Assembly: GCF_009914755.1 (NCBI RefSeq)
Contig: NC_060928.1
Reading direction: 5' to 3' (one strand)
Length of the DNA stretch: 64,000 nt
Origin: the human T2T-CHM13v2.0 reference genome, Homo sapiens
The notes under the pieces are model-generated. The model saw only the letters and a list, made by a program, of their open reading frames with translations, was not told the DNA's origin and ran no database searches. Positions 13,341 through 28,148 of this stretch are shown here, in pieces (positions within the stretch are counted from its first letter, which is position 1; the number at the start of each line of letters is the position of its first letter). The position numbers and the translations under genes were made by a program.

Positions 13341-15364
13341 AGATGTCTACACAGACAGAATACAAAGTTGCCACACTCTTGCAAGCTTAACCCTATTTCA
13401 TGAGTAAATTCAGTATAATATAGCCACATTTGTAATGACATTGTACACTGAACTTTATCACTTATGACAAAGGTCAATTCAATCTACCAAGAAGTCTGAA
13501 CATAGTTTCCTGATACCCCCTCTGGCAAAACTTTAAAAGATTAGTAAAAACCTATATAGTTTGATCTATTTAGTAGAATTTCAGATATGTTTAATTCAGT
13601 GGCTGTTTTTCGGGCACCTACTAAACTACTCCATAGAGAAGTTGCTCTACTTCTGGCCTCCAAGCGTAAGTCCAGTTTCCTCTGGGGACTGGTTGACAAT
13701 TTTAAATACTTTTGTAAATTTATAAAGGCAAACAAGTCAATTCAATTCAACCCATATTTATTGTTCTATCACATGCAAGCTGAGAGCTAAAGAAAATATC
13801 AAAACATATAATCTTCCTTGAAATTTAATATCTCAAAACAGTAATCAAATAACAATGGCATCAGGTGAGGTAGAATAAAATAAATAACAAAGTCATGAAT
13901 TCCAAAAGCATCTCAGAGAAAGAAAAGGCTAACTCCAAATGAGAGGAACAAAAAGAAAGGCTTCATGAAGGTGGTAGCATAAAGAAGGATCTTTAAGGGT
14001 GAGTAAAACATTGACAGTCAAGGATGAAAAAGAGGACTCCAGGCAGAGGAAATAACATGAACGAATGCAGAAAAAGAAGATCAAAATGCAATATGGCTCT
14101 TTTCTAGCCTCTTGTGCATACATCCATTTTGCCTCTACCACATTATATAGTGATATGAGACTTGCTGCATTTTCCACAAGAACATAAATAAGGGCTTCCT
14201 CTTACTCACTTTTGTACCCGAGCACCTTGTACAATACCTTGTCCAGTACAGTGGAGGCTTCTGTTTAGTAGGTATCAGGGATTGCCATGCATCAAGAAAT
14301 GCTGAATGTCGTTTCCAATTATCAAGGTACTTAATTTGTTCAATCAAGCTATTACTATAATTAATGATAATCTTGTGCGCAGAATCCTTTTAATGTTGTG
14401 AGTTACCAAGTGGTGTAAGGAAATATAGAAAATTTCCAGTCTGTTTTATCCTTTCATTGTCAAAAAGATGCTCTTAGACTGAAATTCATAAAGAGTGCCT
14501 CAGGTCTGGGTAATCCTAGATCTTCCTATATCCATTGAGTGTGATGGAGTTGGAGAGAGGGTATGTTTCTTGCCTTGAGAAATCCTAGAAAGCACAGGGA
14601 TGACACAAATCACTAAGGAATTCCACTAAGACTCCTCTAACCCAGAGATTTTTAACCTGTTTCTTTATAGTTGGGCTCTCAGGAGATCCATGAAATCCCT
14701 GAAGTTATTTCATAATCATTACATTCATAAGCATATATGCATTTTTCTGAGGAGATGACATGTGCATTCAATCAGCTTCTCAAAAGGGTCCATAACCCAA
14801 AGAAACTTACAACTAAAGCTAATAAGAAAGATTAAGGAATGCCTGGAACTAAAGGGCTAAGAGATGTGTCCTATAGTTCATAAAACACTTTAATGAATTC
14901 TGATGTTCTATGTCATTTTGGAAACATAAATTATCTCACTGTTTTTGCTGATGTCTCATTGTCTTGGAATGATTTAAGAATTCTTTTCCTTTTACAATAT
15001 GTATTTCTTGACTCCCAACTCCGTAATCACATTATTGCAAGTTGTCTGCTTTCAGACTTAAAATTTCTTGCCTAAGAAATTACTCAGTGTTTTTAATTTT
15101 GCTTGTTTATTTTGATCTAATCCCACTGACTGCTCAGTTTCCTGGCTAGGGCATGTCCGATTCCCGCTGAGGGTTGGAGTCATGTCTGCAACAAGCAATT
15201 GACTCACTGTGAGGTCCCTAAATCACCTGATGCCCAGTCACGAGGAATTATTCAATTCAAATAAACTATTGAATAGAACCACATTCTAGACTAACACTAT
15301 AACACAGGTCTCCTCACCTAAGCCAAGAACAACAGTGACATAAAATTCAACTCTACCTCCACCC

Positions 15365-15409
<45 letters not shown>
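15365..15409. repeat. (A)n(TA)n microsatellite
   Basis: Seen directly. Confidence 0.9.
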
Positions 15410-15410
<1 letters not shown>

Positions 15411-16799
15411 GCTCCCAACCCTCTACATTCACTGAAAATAATGCCCAAATAAAGTAGATGCCCAGTGTCATGGAGTCCCTCTCTTGCAATGACCTGGTTG
15501 AATATTTCATATTCCCCCAACAAAACCTAAGCTCTTTAAGGGCAGGGTTTTTGTCCCTTCCATTAATTGTTTTATCCCAGAGACTGACACAATGTTGGTG
15601 AACAAAGAGTGAATCTATGTTAAATGAGGGCTGGAAAAGTGAATTGATTGAATAAAAGAAATAATGAATTTGCCTGTGAAAGCCCATGAGAACCTAAAGT
15701 TGCTTTCCTTCCACATCCTTCAGCACTATGTCTCATTGCTCCTCTCACTATCAGCCACTTTAACATGCTAGTCTGTCTTGTGGATTATACTTATTCTCCA
15801 AATCCACCTAAAGCCCAATCTCTTCTCTAAAATCTTCCCTCAACTCAATCTTGCTCTGTTTCCCCACAGTATATGCCTTTACCATTTATTCGTCAACATT
15901 CGATGACCATATGATGCTTTAAAATATTACAAACATGAAAGACTGAAGAAATATAAGATGCAGCCCCAGGAACTCTCCATCTAGTTCAAGAGAAACAAAA
16001 AGTCAAGAAATAATAAAAAAGCCATATAAAGTAATATCTGACCAAGTGCCAAAATCAGTGATAGAAACAAATCAAAAAAAGCTATAGGTAGTTAAAATTA
16101 GATATCATCTCCAACCCTGTCTTCCACTGCTATCCTCACCCCATCTTGTTCCAGTGACAGAAAGCAATGTCACTACTTCAAATCTAGACCTTTGATCGGC
16201 CTGGGTGCTCTCCTTGCGTTCTTCATAAATTTTTTTTTTTTATTCTTCAAATCCAAACTCAAGGATGATCTCCTCTTTTAAGCTTTTCCTGTCCTTTTGC
16301 CCCCAACAAAATTCACCACACTCTTTCTTACACCTGAATACTCCTATATTTGCACATACTTGTTGATCTTGTATTTCTCCTCCTACATAATGTTCCCCAT
16401 TCCTAACAGAGTATCAGAGTAACAAACATTGATTATATAGATTAATTGAACAGTTAGAGAGAAGCTTTGAAAAAAAAATGTATCATCTCAGTTAATTTTC
16501 CATTCATAGACACTCTATAGGTTTTTTTGTTTTTCTTTTTTAAAGGTCAAATCCCAAATCCTGGTGCGACACAGGCTCATCATTGAAATGGTCTCAGAAA
16601 TTGATGAACAGACCTCCACCTCCCTCTGGGGCATATCTCAAAAATTCCAGGTGAAGCCCACAGCTTCATGGTAAAATGTTAAGTAGCACTTAACTGTTCT
16701 TCTTGTAAAAGAAATCTCAGTTGATTCCCTGTGTTTTGCTTAGGTTATAGTATCATTTTCCCTGTTTAATATAAAGCAAGCCATTCACCATTTGGCCAT

Positions 16800-16944
16800 A
16801 AACGTACATATCCTCTGATACATTACTTAAATGTACATACACTCTGATACATTACTTAAATGTACATACCCTCTGATACATTACTTAAATGTACATATCC
16901 TCTGATACATTACTTAAATGTACATATCCTCTGATACATTACTT
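16800..16944. repeat. 29-bp minisatellite, 5 copies
   Basis: Unit aaatgtacatatcctctgatacattactt at 16800, 16829, 16858, 16887, 16916. Confidence 0.95.
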
Positions 16945-17481
16945 CTAAGAATAACACCTACGAAAATACTCCCATATGTGTGAAAAAAAGGTTTTATAAG
17001 AATGGTGCTTGTGATAACTTTGTAATTACAAAATAAACTGGAAATGGATTAAATGTTCATCAAAATGTGATATAATGATGTGTACCCATTAAATAAATAA
17101 AATAAACCTGTATGTACTAACACATAAAGTTGTCCATTATTTGTTAAGTAAACATAAGTTCCAGAGCAATCTACATAGTAGACTTCATTTTTTAAACCTT
17201 GTACAGAGCCCTATATTTTGATGTTTGATTTATGTATTCATACTTACATGATAAAACACGTACATCTGAGAAATCATTTGGGAAGAAGAAGGAGGTGAAG
17301 AAGCATTTAAATTATTTTATTGTCTGCATCTTTTTTTAATTACATAAGGGCTGTCTCCTTGAAACACCTTCTATTCAAATGGTAGACATTGGGTAACATA
17401 ATGTCTGCAGCTAATAACCCACCTAATGAAGTGTTGGGAAATGAAAAAAAACCAAATGATTTAACAGACAGCTAAATCCTG

Positions 17482-17523
17482 ATTGGTCTCTCAGTTTCCA
17501 ATCTCCTGGAACTGAGTTTAAAT
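17482..17523 (+). promoter_or_regulatory. AMTN: AMTN core promoter: inverted CCAAT box and TATA-like element
   Basis: ATTGG at 17482-17486 (ctgATTGGtc) and TTTAAAT at 17517-17523, just upstream of exon 1. Confidence 0.55.
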
Positions 17524-17549
17524 TTCTTCTACAAACACATACATCATTG

Positions 17550-17631
17550 AAGGGTAAAATTTTTCACCAGAGTAAACTTGAGAAACCAACTGGACCTTGA
17601 GTATTGTACATTTTGCCTCGTGGACCCAAAG
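17550..17631 (+). other. AMTN: AMTN exon 1 (non-coding; start approximate)
   Basis: Donor aag|GTAACA at 17632; short intron to the acceptor at 17738-17739; a non-coding first exon is typical of SCPP genes. Confidence 0.8.
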
Positions 17632-17754
17632 GTAACATTAATTGACCATGTTTCAAGTAGAACTTTTGTTTTTAAAGTATCATTTTCTCTTAAAAGGAAA
17701 AAAAATACATGGAAGAGTAACACTTTTTTGTTGTTGTAGGTAGCAATTTGAAAC

Positions 17755-17808
17755 ATGAGGAGTACGATTCTACTGTTTTGTCTTCTAGGATCAACTCGGT
17801 CATTACCA
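17755..17808 (+). CDS. AMTN: AMTN exon 2 coding part: signal peptide MRSTILLFCLLGSTRSLP (exon starts at 17740)
   Basis: Acceptor ttgttgtag|, ATG at 17755, 54 nt, donor GTAAGT at 17809, phase 0. Confidence 0.97.
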
Positions 17809-18891
17809 GTAAGTATGTTATGTTTGTTTTATATGCCAACCAGTTTCAACAGCATCTCTAGCTGCAGACCTACCTCTCTCCTGCCCTCCATCAAAACTGC
17901 TCTGTTTTGTGACTCATTCCCTGAGAGTGTCCAGTGTTTATTTTCCAAGACAGAAAATGACAAGCTAATAAGCTGTTGGTACATATTTCAATGTACTTGC
18001 ATTTTTTTAAATGCATCCACTCCATCGTGGTAAAAGGTCAATTATTTTGGCAGAGCAATAGGCTAGAAATTAGGAGAAAAATGAATGTGTTAAGTGGATT
18101 ATTATTTTATTTTCCAAAAAGAAGTTTTTTCTTGGCAACTAGTTATTTGCTCATGAATAAAGAGGTAAACTATATTTTCTAATTTTTCTACTTGGAAATG
18201 CTAAATATCTAGATTGTATAAATTCTAAAAAGACCACCAAAACATATGATATCAAAGGCACATGATTAAAATGATCAAAATTTTTGACTTAGAACCTTAA
18301 ATCATAAATAGTATTCACATATAACAGGAAAAAATTAAAAAGCCCTATAACTCCAACATTTACTCCATTATTTTGTAGACATAGGGATGAATGGTTTGGA
18401 TCTCTAGGTGGACTTCTCTTTGACTGCTCAAGATGGTTCAAGACCATTAAGAAAAAAATTACAATATACTTGCTATGAAATAACAGAATGAAAGCATACT
18501 TAGTTGGGCCTCAAGCTTACTCAATACTTCTGCATCCATTCGTACAATCAACAAATATTTATTAAAAACTTTCTATATGCCAGACATTGTGCTAGGTGCT
18601 GAAGAAACAATAGTGAGAAGGGAAAAAAAGGCATAATCCTTCATGGTGTTCACAAGGATTGTAGACATTAATTTTTTTATTTTTTTTTAACTTTTTTTTT
18701 ATTTTTACCAATGTCACTTGCCAATTTTTTTATTTTTTACTCAAATGATTTTTAAAGAAATGTTAAATTATAAATAATAACTGTGATTATTTATGTGAAG
18801 GAAATGAACAGGGTGGGATTATGCGGGGGGAGGATGAAGCAAGATACGGTAGCCAACCTCCTTCTTACTTTATCCCAAATACATACTACAT

Positions 18892-18893
<2 letters not shown>

Positions 18894-18929
<36 letters not shown>
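18894..18929. repeat. (TG)n microsatellite in AMTN intron 2
   Basis: Seen directly. Confidence 0.95.
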
Positions 18930-18931
<2 letters not shown>

Positions 18932-20080
18932 TCCTTGAAAGAAGTTGTCTGTAAAAGTTTAATTTTCTAAACAAGGTAAAGTATGAAGTTAATTTTTTAT
19001 AAAACAAATGGTTCTTTCACTTCGTCAAATACATTGACCGAAAGATTCTTCAAAATACAGTTTCTCTAGTATATTTAAATTACCACATAATTGGTGAAAA
19101 CTCAAAACAAGCAAAACTTTCCAGGAGCGCAGCTCTCATGTGAGGTGGGCTGAGGTGGAGCAGGCCGGCTGTGCAGGCCACAGCAGATTGCTAATAGACA
19201 ATGAGAGCAGCTAGAGAGCTAGTGGGGCAGGGCAGCAGGGAGGCGACACTGAAATGTCTATTCAGTATGGAAACAATACCAAATGAAACATCAGGACACA
19301 TAGACAAGGTATTTTTTATTATTTGTAAATGAATTTATTGAGTTAGCATAAAGGTATAAAGAGTGAATCCATTTGCAAATGTGGACACATACAACAGCCT
19401 AGCAATTATTTTCAGTAGATCAAAATTTTGAGGATAGGTATCAGATGGAAAACACAATGAGTAGAAGAAATAAATACAAGACAAATCAAATTTACAGAAA
19501 GTGAAGGCTCTAGAAGAAAACAAGATTTTATTCCTTCAACAAATATTTATTGAGTTCTTACTATATGCCAGACATGGATTTATCTTTTTGAGATGGATCA
19601 TTGAATAAACCACAGTGAAGTCTATATTTTAGCAAGGAAATAAATGATAAATGGTGAGCAGTCTAAATCAGTAGGTCACATGACAGGTTAGGAGATAGTG
19701 AGCACTATGAAAAAAAGATCCCAGAGCAGGGTGAGATGGAGCAGGCTGGTGGTGCACAGTGGAGAAGGGGCAGGCTGCATGTTCAGGACAGCAGTCAGGT
19801 TTGGCCTCAATAAGAGGGAAATTCAAGTAAAGAAACAGGTGAGAGAGTAAAGCCAATGTTCAGGGAAAGAACATTCCAGACAGAGGGAACAGGTGGAGGT
19901 GAAATTCTGAAGCAGGAATGGACTTTACTTGTTGCAGAAACAGCAAAATGGCTGGATGGCCAGAGCAGAGTGAGGGAGGGGAAGTGAGGTAGGAAAGATC
20001 AGAGAGCTACTGGGGGCCCAGAGCCCTGTAGACCACTGTGGGGTCTCTGGCTTTTACTCTGAGTGAAATTGACAGTCGTT

Positions 20081-20469
<389 letters not shown>

Positions 20470-20623
20470 TCACTCTGGCTACTATACTAACAATAGATTG
20501 TGGGAGATGAAAAGACTTACTTACAAAATTTATATATATTATATATATGTATTTTATGTATATATATGTATATATAATCTTAAAGCTGAAAGGGACCTCC
20601 TAGAACAGATAATACCAACCTCT

Positions 20624-20890
20624 CTTTTTTTTTTTTTTTTTTGTGAGACAGAGTCTCACTCTGCAACCTCTGGCTCCCGGGTTCAAGTGATTCTCCTTCC
20701 TCAACCTCCCGAGTAGCTGGGACTATAAGCGTGCACCACCATGCTCAGCTAATTTTTATATTTTTAGTAAAGACAGAGTTTCATCATGCTAGCCAGGCTG
20801 GTCCTGAACTCCTGACCTCAAGTGGTCCACCCGCCTTGGCCTCCCAAAGTGCTGGGATTACACGGTGGCATGAGCCACCGTGCCCAGCCC
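20624..20890 (-). mobile_element. AluS with internal deletion
   Basis: Poly-T plus Alu reverse complement lacking about 35 nt of the right arm. Confidence 0.88.
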
Positions 20891-21720
20891 CAACCTCTCC
20901 TCATAACTAAGGGGGAAATTCCAGCGTGAAACCAAAACTGCTCCAGGGTAACCTTAGATGACTCAAGGGCTGGTACAGAGCCAGAGGGCCACACCCCCGT
21001 GCCTTCCAGGATGCCTCCAGGAGCAAAAGCAGATTTGGTCAACCTGGCAAAAGAGAAGTTTTTTTTTCGGAGACTAAGAGCACTTAGAGGGATCTAGCAC
21101 TGGCTCTGCTGCTCACCATGTCACCTTGGGCAAGTTACTGTAAGCATCAGTTGCCTCATCTATTAGAAAAAAATAATACAACTAGACCAAATGTGTAGGA
21201 GGAATATTTTCATATCTAAAAATTCAGTGATTTTTAATACACTAATAAAATATCCAGGCCAGGAAGAAAAACTGAACTTCTGTTACAAGACCGATGTGGC
21301 AGGCATGGCAATAGTGGGAAGCTTCATGAAAAGGTAGTAAGAATGACGGCAGCTTACCTCAAGCCCTGAGAAAAAGCAAATGTGCACAGAGCTAAGGTAC
21401 AGATTATATATTCATGTCCTGGCAAAAGAGAAAGAAAGGTACAGAAAAGAAATGGGAGCCAGGAACCACCACAAGACGTCCCATGTGCTTGGGTTCATCC
21501 CAGCCCCCTTACCTCCACACCATCCCACCCCTCCTGGGCTGGCATTTTTCCACTCTACATGTCCTACCATGCACATAATGTTTCAGGGAATCAAACTCCT
21601 CTAAAATACACAAAGCCTAAAAGATAGTCATGTTTGCATTGGGGGCAACCTGGATATAAATGGACACAAAATCTTAAACACATTCCTGCCTCATCAAATA
21701 TGTATTTGTTTTCACAAAAG

Positions 21721-21804
21721 CAGCTCAAACCTGCTTTGGGACTCCCTCCCACAAAACTGGCTCCGGATCAGGGAACACTACCAAACCAACAGCAGTCAAA
21801 TCAG
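21721..21804 (+). CDS. AMTN: AMTN exon 3 (QLKPALGLPPTKLAPDQGTLPNQQQSNQ)
   Basis: Acceptor aaaag|cag, 84 nt, donor GTAAGA. Confidence 0.96.
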
Positions 21805-21820
21805 GTAAGAGTCCTACAAT

Positions 21821-21880
21821 ATGGAACATGTACAAACCGGTAAAGAAAATACGGAACATGTACAAACCGGTAAAGAAAAC
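21821..21880. repeat. 30-bp tandem duplication
   Basis: a(t/c)ggaacatgtacaaaccggtaaagaaaa(t/c) x2. Confidence 0.95.
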
Positions 21881-22479
21881 ACGTTAAGACTGGTAGGTTT
21901 AAAATCAAAATTTACATGAAGACTGTACAAGACTGAACAAGAGAGAGGCTTTTCGTTTGGGAGTGGGGAAAAGAACCGATATAATTTTCTGAAAAATTTG
22001 AATAGGAAAAGTAAAGTACTCTAATTCTTTTTCCTTTTATCTGAATAATAATTTGGTTTAGCAGTGAAATCTAGTCAACTTTGAAAAGGAATACCTATGT
22101 CTGTTTACAAAGCTTGGTCATCTATGGACTTGAGGTACTGTGGCATTATCATATGCAGTATTTGCCAGCAATAGCAGGGAATCAGAGATGATCTATAAAA
22201 AATAACTGCAGATTTCCTCCTGGCTTTGTAAAGTTTCATTGTTGCTGATGTGTTGATGTGTTGCTGTTCAATCTGTTTCTTCAAAGCGTATTTAAATACT
22301 TTTGAAAACTGCATTATCTTTTGGCTACTGCCCTCCCTCCCACTTCAACTCTTCCTCTGCTGTGAAGGGCCATGGCTTACCTACTTCTACATTTTGTGAA
22401 GTAATATAATCAGATAACACTAGAGTCTAAAGTCTTCTCCTCAGTCAACAGAACACTCAAGTCAAGACCCATTCTCCCC

Positions 22480-22740
22480 GCTTAAGGAATCTGAATCTTA
22501 TACAATTTGGGAACCTTCTTTAAGAAAAAGAATACAAAATTCGATATGTAAAATTAAGTACTGAAATAAATATTTATAATGTGATAAGAAATAAGAGTAA
22601 ATCACAAATTTTCTTAAGCTGATAAGTACCGTAAGCTTGAGACATTGCTAGGGCACCTCCCAGGGCCACAAAGGGAGCAATGCTAGTGAGAGGCCCCGAG
22701 GCTTCATCTTTATTTACCTTCATGGTAAACCCACCTCTGA
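22480..22740. mobile_element. MER53-related hAT element
   Basis: cttatacaatttggg...ctttaagaaaaagaatacaaaatt...cttcatggtaaacccacctctg. Confidence 0.55.
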
Positions 22741-22833
22741 CAGGACTGTCAATTACATGAGGATATCCACCACTGACAGAGTAAGGGAAGCAGACAACCT
22801 CTTGTCTCATACATCACTTTCAATCCCCTGCAG

Positions 22834-22899
22834 GTCTTTCCTTCTTTAAGTCTGATACCATTAACACAGATGCTCACACTGGGGCCAGATCTGCATCTG
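22834..22899 (+). CDS. AMTN: AMTN exon 4 (VFPSLSLIPLTQMLTLGPDLHL)
   Basis: Acceptor ccctgcag|, 66 nt, donor GTAAGT. Confidence 0.97.
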
Positions 22900-23835
22900 G
22901 TAAGTGATTGTTTATATTATTTTAATACCCATTGTGAAATAAATATAATGCCTAATATTACAGTGGGGGGAGCATGTATATGGGTGCGTATATCCACAAA
23001 TGAAAACACACATATACTTATTCACATAGATAAGTTGAAAGAGAGGAGAGAAGAGTCCAAGAGAGTTGGACATCATTAAACGTTTTTCTTAGCAAGAGAG
23101 TCTCTAAACAAATTAATCTAATTCTTTCCTTCTCCAGTTTCTCTAACCTCTTCTCCTCCTCTCTCCATTCCTCCACCATACCTTCCTTAATGCCCCTACA
23201 GCATCCACACATCCACATAAACACTATCACTGCTATTATCACCCACAATGACAGGAGCAAACTGGAAGAGACAAAGATCTTCAGTGTCTTCTTATAGAAT
23301 ATCTGTATAGATCTTCAGCCCTCTCATAGAATATCTGTGTAATCTGTTTGAGAAGAACAATAAGTTTCTTTCCTGAGTTAAAGTGGATTTTTTTAGTGGT
23401 CAAATTTAAATATAGCTCATGTTCCAGACAAAATATGTAGTCTGAACCTCATAATTTTCACGCATAACCTAGAGGAGTTAATTTCTTAATTGTAAAAAAG
23501 CTATCAGAAAATTTTCAGGAAGAATTGCTCTTGTAGCCAAAAGGGGAAAGCAAAGATAAAAATAAATCACTTAAGTAATTCTCAAACAGAATAGGTTAAA
23601 TGCCAAAGAAAAACTTAACAGGGGAAGTTAGCAATAGCCCTTGTAGTCGTACAAGCAGACTAAATAAGTCTTTAAATTTCATCTTTGTGTCTAAGTATAC
23701 ATGCAATAGAACACTATGTATTTACATAGCAACTCCTTCCTTTAAATATATTTTACGTTTAGTAAAAACATTTTAGTTTCCTAAATGTCCAAACTGAAAA
23801 AAAATACAATGAAAGTCTTCTTCCTTGCCCTACAG

Positions 23836-23925
23836 TTAAATCCTGCTGCAGGAATGACACCTGGTACCCAGACCCACCCATTGACCCTGGGAGGGTTGAA
23901 TGTACAACAGCAACTGCACCCACAT
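23836..23925 (+). CDS. AMTN: AMTN exon 5 (LNPAAGMTPGTQTHPLTLGGLNVQQQLHPH)
   Basis: Acceptor ccctacag|, 90 nt, donor GTAAGT. Confidence 0.97.
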
Positions 23926-24578
23926 GTAAGTTGAACAGCTGGACCTTAGTTTTAACATTAGAGAGCATTTTCTCTCAGGTGAAAGCCTACAGTAGAAATT
24001 TTTTAAAGCTTCTTGAAAATTTTGCCCAGATTATTAACTGAAGAATGTTCTGCTGAACATAGACCAGTATTTGACAATCTGGTTCTTAATGAAAATTCAT
24101 AAACATACCCAGAGAACTGACCATGCTACCTCACAACCTCTCTAGAATATATGTTTAATGGACAGGAAACCTTGAAAAGTTGGGGAAGATTGAAAAGTGA
24201 AAAATACATGGGGGGAAGTTGAGAGATCCCAGGATTTTTCTCTAGCATATTGTTTTCTCTTGAAGACTTTCTTGGTGACCAAGATCATCTCAAAGAAAAA
24301 TTAAGAGGTGGATAAAGTTTATCTTCAGCAAATCTAATTGTCCCATTTTTGCGCCTTTTCATTCCCCCTTGAAAGTCCCCAAGGACTTTTCAGTATTTAC
24401 CACCTCCCACTATCACTTGCTTTCAAAAAAACGAAACCTGAAAATCCTCTTACACTAAGATATAAACGACATACTTTAGGCATCACCTGTTTTTGAAGTG
24501 TTTGCATTTTAACATTGAACAAATTCCAAATTTTTACCTTATCGAAACTTTTCTAAATAGTGTAATAGGCTCCAGAGG

Positions 24579-24946
<368 letters not shown>

Positions 24947-27332
24947 TTATTCTCCCCAACATGTGACCTCGGCCCCCATTATCCAACATAATGGTCTAAT
25001 TTTTTGTAGAAGCATTTATTATTGTGTAAGTAATATATGTTAATTATAAAGAATTTAGGAAATGTAAATTTTCTAAAATTTACATATAAGCAAAAAATAA
25101 AATAAAATTCACTTGGAATCTCATTAGCCATAATCAAACACTGTCAACATTCTAGAGTATGTCCTTCCAGTCTTTTTTCTATACACATAAGTACATTTTT
25201 AAATAAAATGTTTTTGCTATAATGTTTTGTAACATGCTTTTTTCCACAAATATATTTTGAATAGTTTTCATGTTTTAAAATATTCACTCACAATGTTGTT
25301 TTTAATGACTGCTTAGTAGTCCATGGTATACTAAATTACTTATTATGAAAATTTGGGGGTTTTTCCAAAGTCTTTGCTTCTATAAACAATGCTACAGTGA
25401 GCATCCTTGTGACTAAGTCTATGATATTCCAATGACTATTTCCTTTGGACCAACTCTTAGGAACACAATTTCTGGAGCCAAAGACACACAAAGTATCTTG
25501 ATAATAACATTTTTGATAATAAAAGTGAACCTCTGTAAAAGATTTAAGATGCAAATAAAAAGAGACTCTCCATAACAGGTGATCATACTATAATCTACAT
25601 ACTGATTGCCCAGCTTCAGTCTCCATTGTTGCCCTCCTCTAACCTTGAAGGTAGACTTACTGCATCTTCATGTTCCCCAGAGAGTACCCTCCTAAGTCAA
25701 GGCATTAGTGGAGCCTGGAGATGTTACAAAAGTTTCAGTACAGAGAGTTTCACGTTGTACACTCTCTGTGCAATATTATAAATCAGTCCCCATTTGCTGT
25801 GGGAATTCTTCAATGTCTCTAGAATGTGCTACCACCAAGGGTTCCCATACCTGACCTTCCCCTGGGCAGCTCTAGTCCCTCCAACCCTGCCTTTCCCTGT
25901 GCAGAGTGGCTTATTATCTCTGCCACAACCTGGACACCTACTGGTGGCTCGCATTTATCAAAGAAAAATGAACCATGCTTGTGAACTCTAGAACCACACA
26001 ATTTCTGGTTAAATGTCAGCTCTACACTTATTACTTATATGATGTTGGCCAAGTTACTTAACCACTCTGTGGCTCATTTTGCTCAAAATTTAAAATGGGC
26101 ATTAAAGTAGAACCTTCCTCTACAGCTGTTGCAAAGATCAAATGAGTAAATATATGGAAAACACTTAAAACAATGCCTACCACATAGTAAACGTGCGATG
26201 TGTTATTACGATTTCAAATAATTTCTCTACCGACAACTAAGAAAAAAGTCCTCTTTATTGTTATATTGGTGAACAATTAGAGTACCTTTCATTACAGTTT
26301 TTACTTAGACATCTATGGTTTCCTCTTTTTATCTTTTTGTTCTTTCCACTCCAACTTTCCATTAAAAAAGAAATTTCCATTTCATTTTCTCTTAAATCAA
26401 AAATATACCAACCACTTTCCCATTGCCACGTGAAGGCTAGTTGGGTTTTTTGTTCTTGTTTTGTTGTCCTTTTTTGTCAGTAGAGAAGGACCTGATTGTG
26501 AGTAAGGCTTTTTAATAAATGTATGTAATTTTTCCTTGTTGGCATTCCATAGTTCCATAATTCCTGCACCAACTGTCTTGGGAAACAATAGTTAACAGTC
26601 TATTTCATAAGACTTTCAAATCTTCTGGTTTGGTAATTATGAAATTAAGAGTCCCATTTTGATTACTTTCCTGACACTTTGAATTTTCTATAGAAATAAG
26701 AATAAATTTTTAAAACCTTAGCTTTCTTTGACAAACTTCTGGCCGGTTCTCAAAGTAGCAGAGTATGGGAGAATGCCAACACCTCACTCGAATCTTTTTC
26801 ATCTTTTTGTGAACTAAATTTATAATATTTAGTTTGTTATCAGTGACCCTTGAATTATTTCTCGCCTAGTACTAAGAGCTATACCAATGCCAGGGGTTAC
26901 TGAGCAATATTCCCTATAATTGCTTTATTTTAACAGCAAGATGTCCAGACAACTATTGCAAGACTAAGTATATATACCTCAAGAAATCTTCACATTTGAA
27001 AATATCCATCGCGTGTTTTAATGTGTCTTCTGAGATGCCATTTGAAAGAAATCTGTACATTTTAACATTATTGTTACTTGAAATAATTTTCAGTTTGGAG
27101 ACTTCTTGAGAACAATTTTTTTTTGTTGTTTATCCAGTTTACTAACTTCTATCTTCTAAATGTGCTATCTTGAACTGGTTTCTAAATCTCTCTGGGACTA
27201 ATATTCTTTTTACAAATTGGAAAAGTTCCAAACTCCCATCCAGATCTATGAATTTATATCTATGATTATAGATAATACATTAGTAATAAATATCTGTTTA
27301 ACAGATACTATATCCTTTTAAGAAGATATCAA

Positions 27333-27652
<320 letters not shown>

Positions 27653-27687
27653 TTACTTTTGAAAGAGTTTTTCTCTCATTTTTTCAG

Positions 27688-27723
27688 GTGTTACCAATTT
27701 TTGTCACACAACTTGGAGCCCAG
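27688..27723 (+). CDS. AMTN: AMTN exon 6 (VLPIFVTQLGAQ)
   Basis: Acceptor ttttttcag|, 36 nt, donor GTAAAA. Confidence 0.96.
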
Positions 27724-28148
27724 GTAAAAATTATGCTTAATATTGTCTTGATTTTAAATCACCTTGCTGTGAAAGGTGATTTTCTTTCCTCAATTCACTA
27801 GATAGTTGTGAGGTTTCCAATGTACTTTGTACTGTATGGACACTGATAATCACAAGAGCTTGCTTTCTGCATAAGTTTTCTTCAATGAACATCCACTTAA
27901 TGATAGAAAAATGTATACTTTTTGGATGGAGATTAACTCATTACTCAAAAAATGAATGTCAGCAGTCTCACATCATATGCTGACTTGAGTTTTGTAATAT
28001 AGATCATAAGGCAGTTTAACATATTATTGGAAAGGCAAAATCTGTATAATCTTTGAAAGTATTTTAAGTTTTAAGTGATATTATACATATATTACTACAA
28101 ATACATTAAAATGTGTCTAACAAATTGTGTTTGTCATTTTGCTTTTAG

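Noticed and set aside
16800-16944. CRISPR-like reading of the 29-bp repeats
   Set aside because: Head-to-tail units without spacers in eukaryotic DNA.
17737-17743. TAG-GTAG tandem acceptor at exon 2
   Set aside because: It would only shift the 5' UTR by 4 nt, and there is no evidence of use.
17809-18033. 92-aa ORF 17755..18033 as a stand-alone secreted peptide
   Set aside because: Read-through of exon 2 past a consensus GTAAGT donor into intron 2.
19225-19250. CTCF-like GGCAGCAGGGAGGCGAC in intron 2
   Set aside because: Spacing departs from the core motif; weak match.
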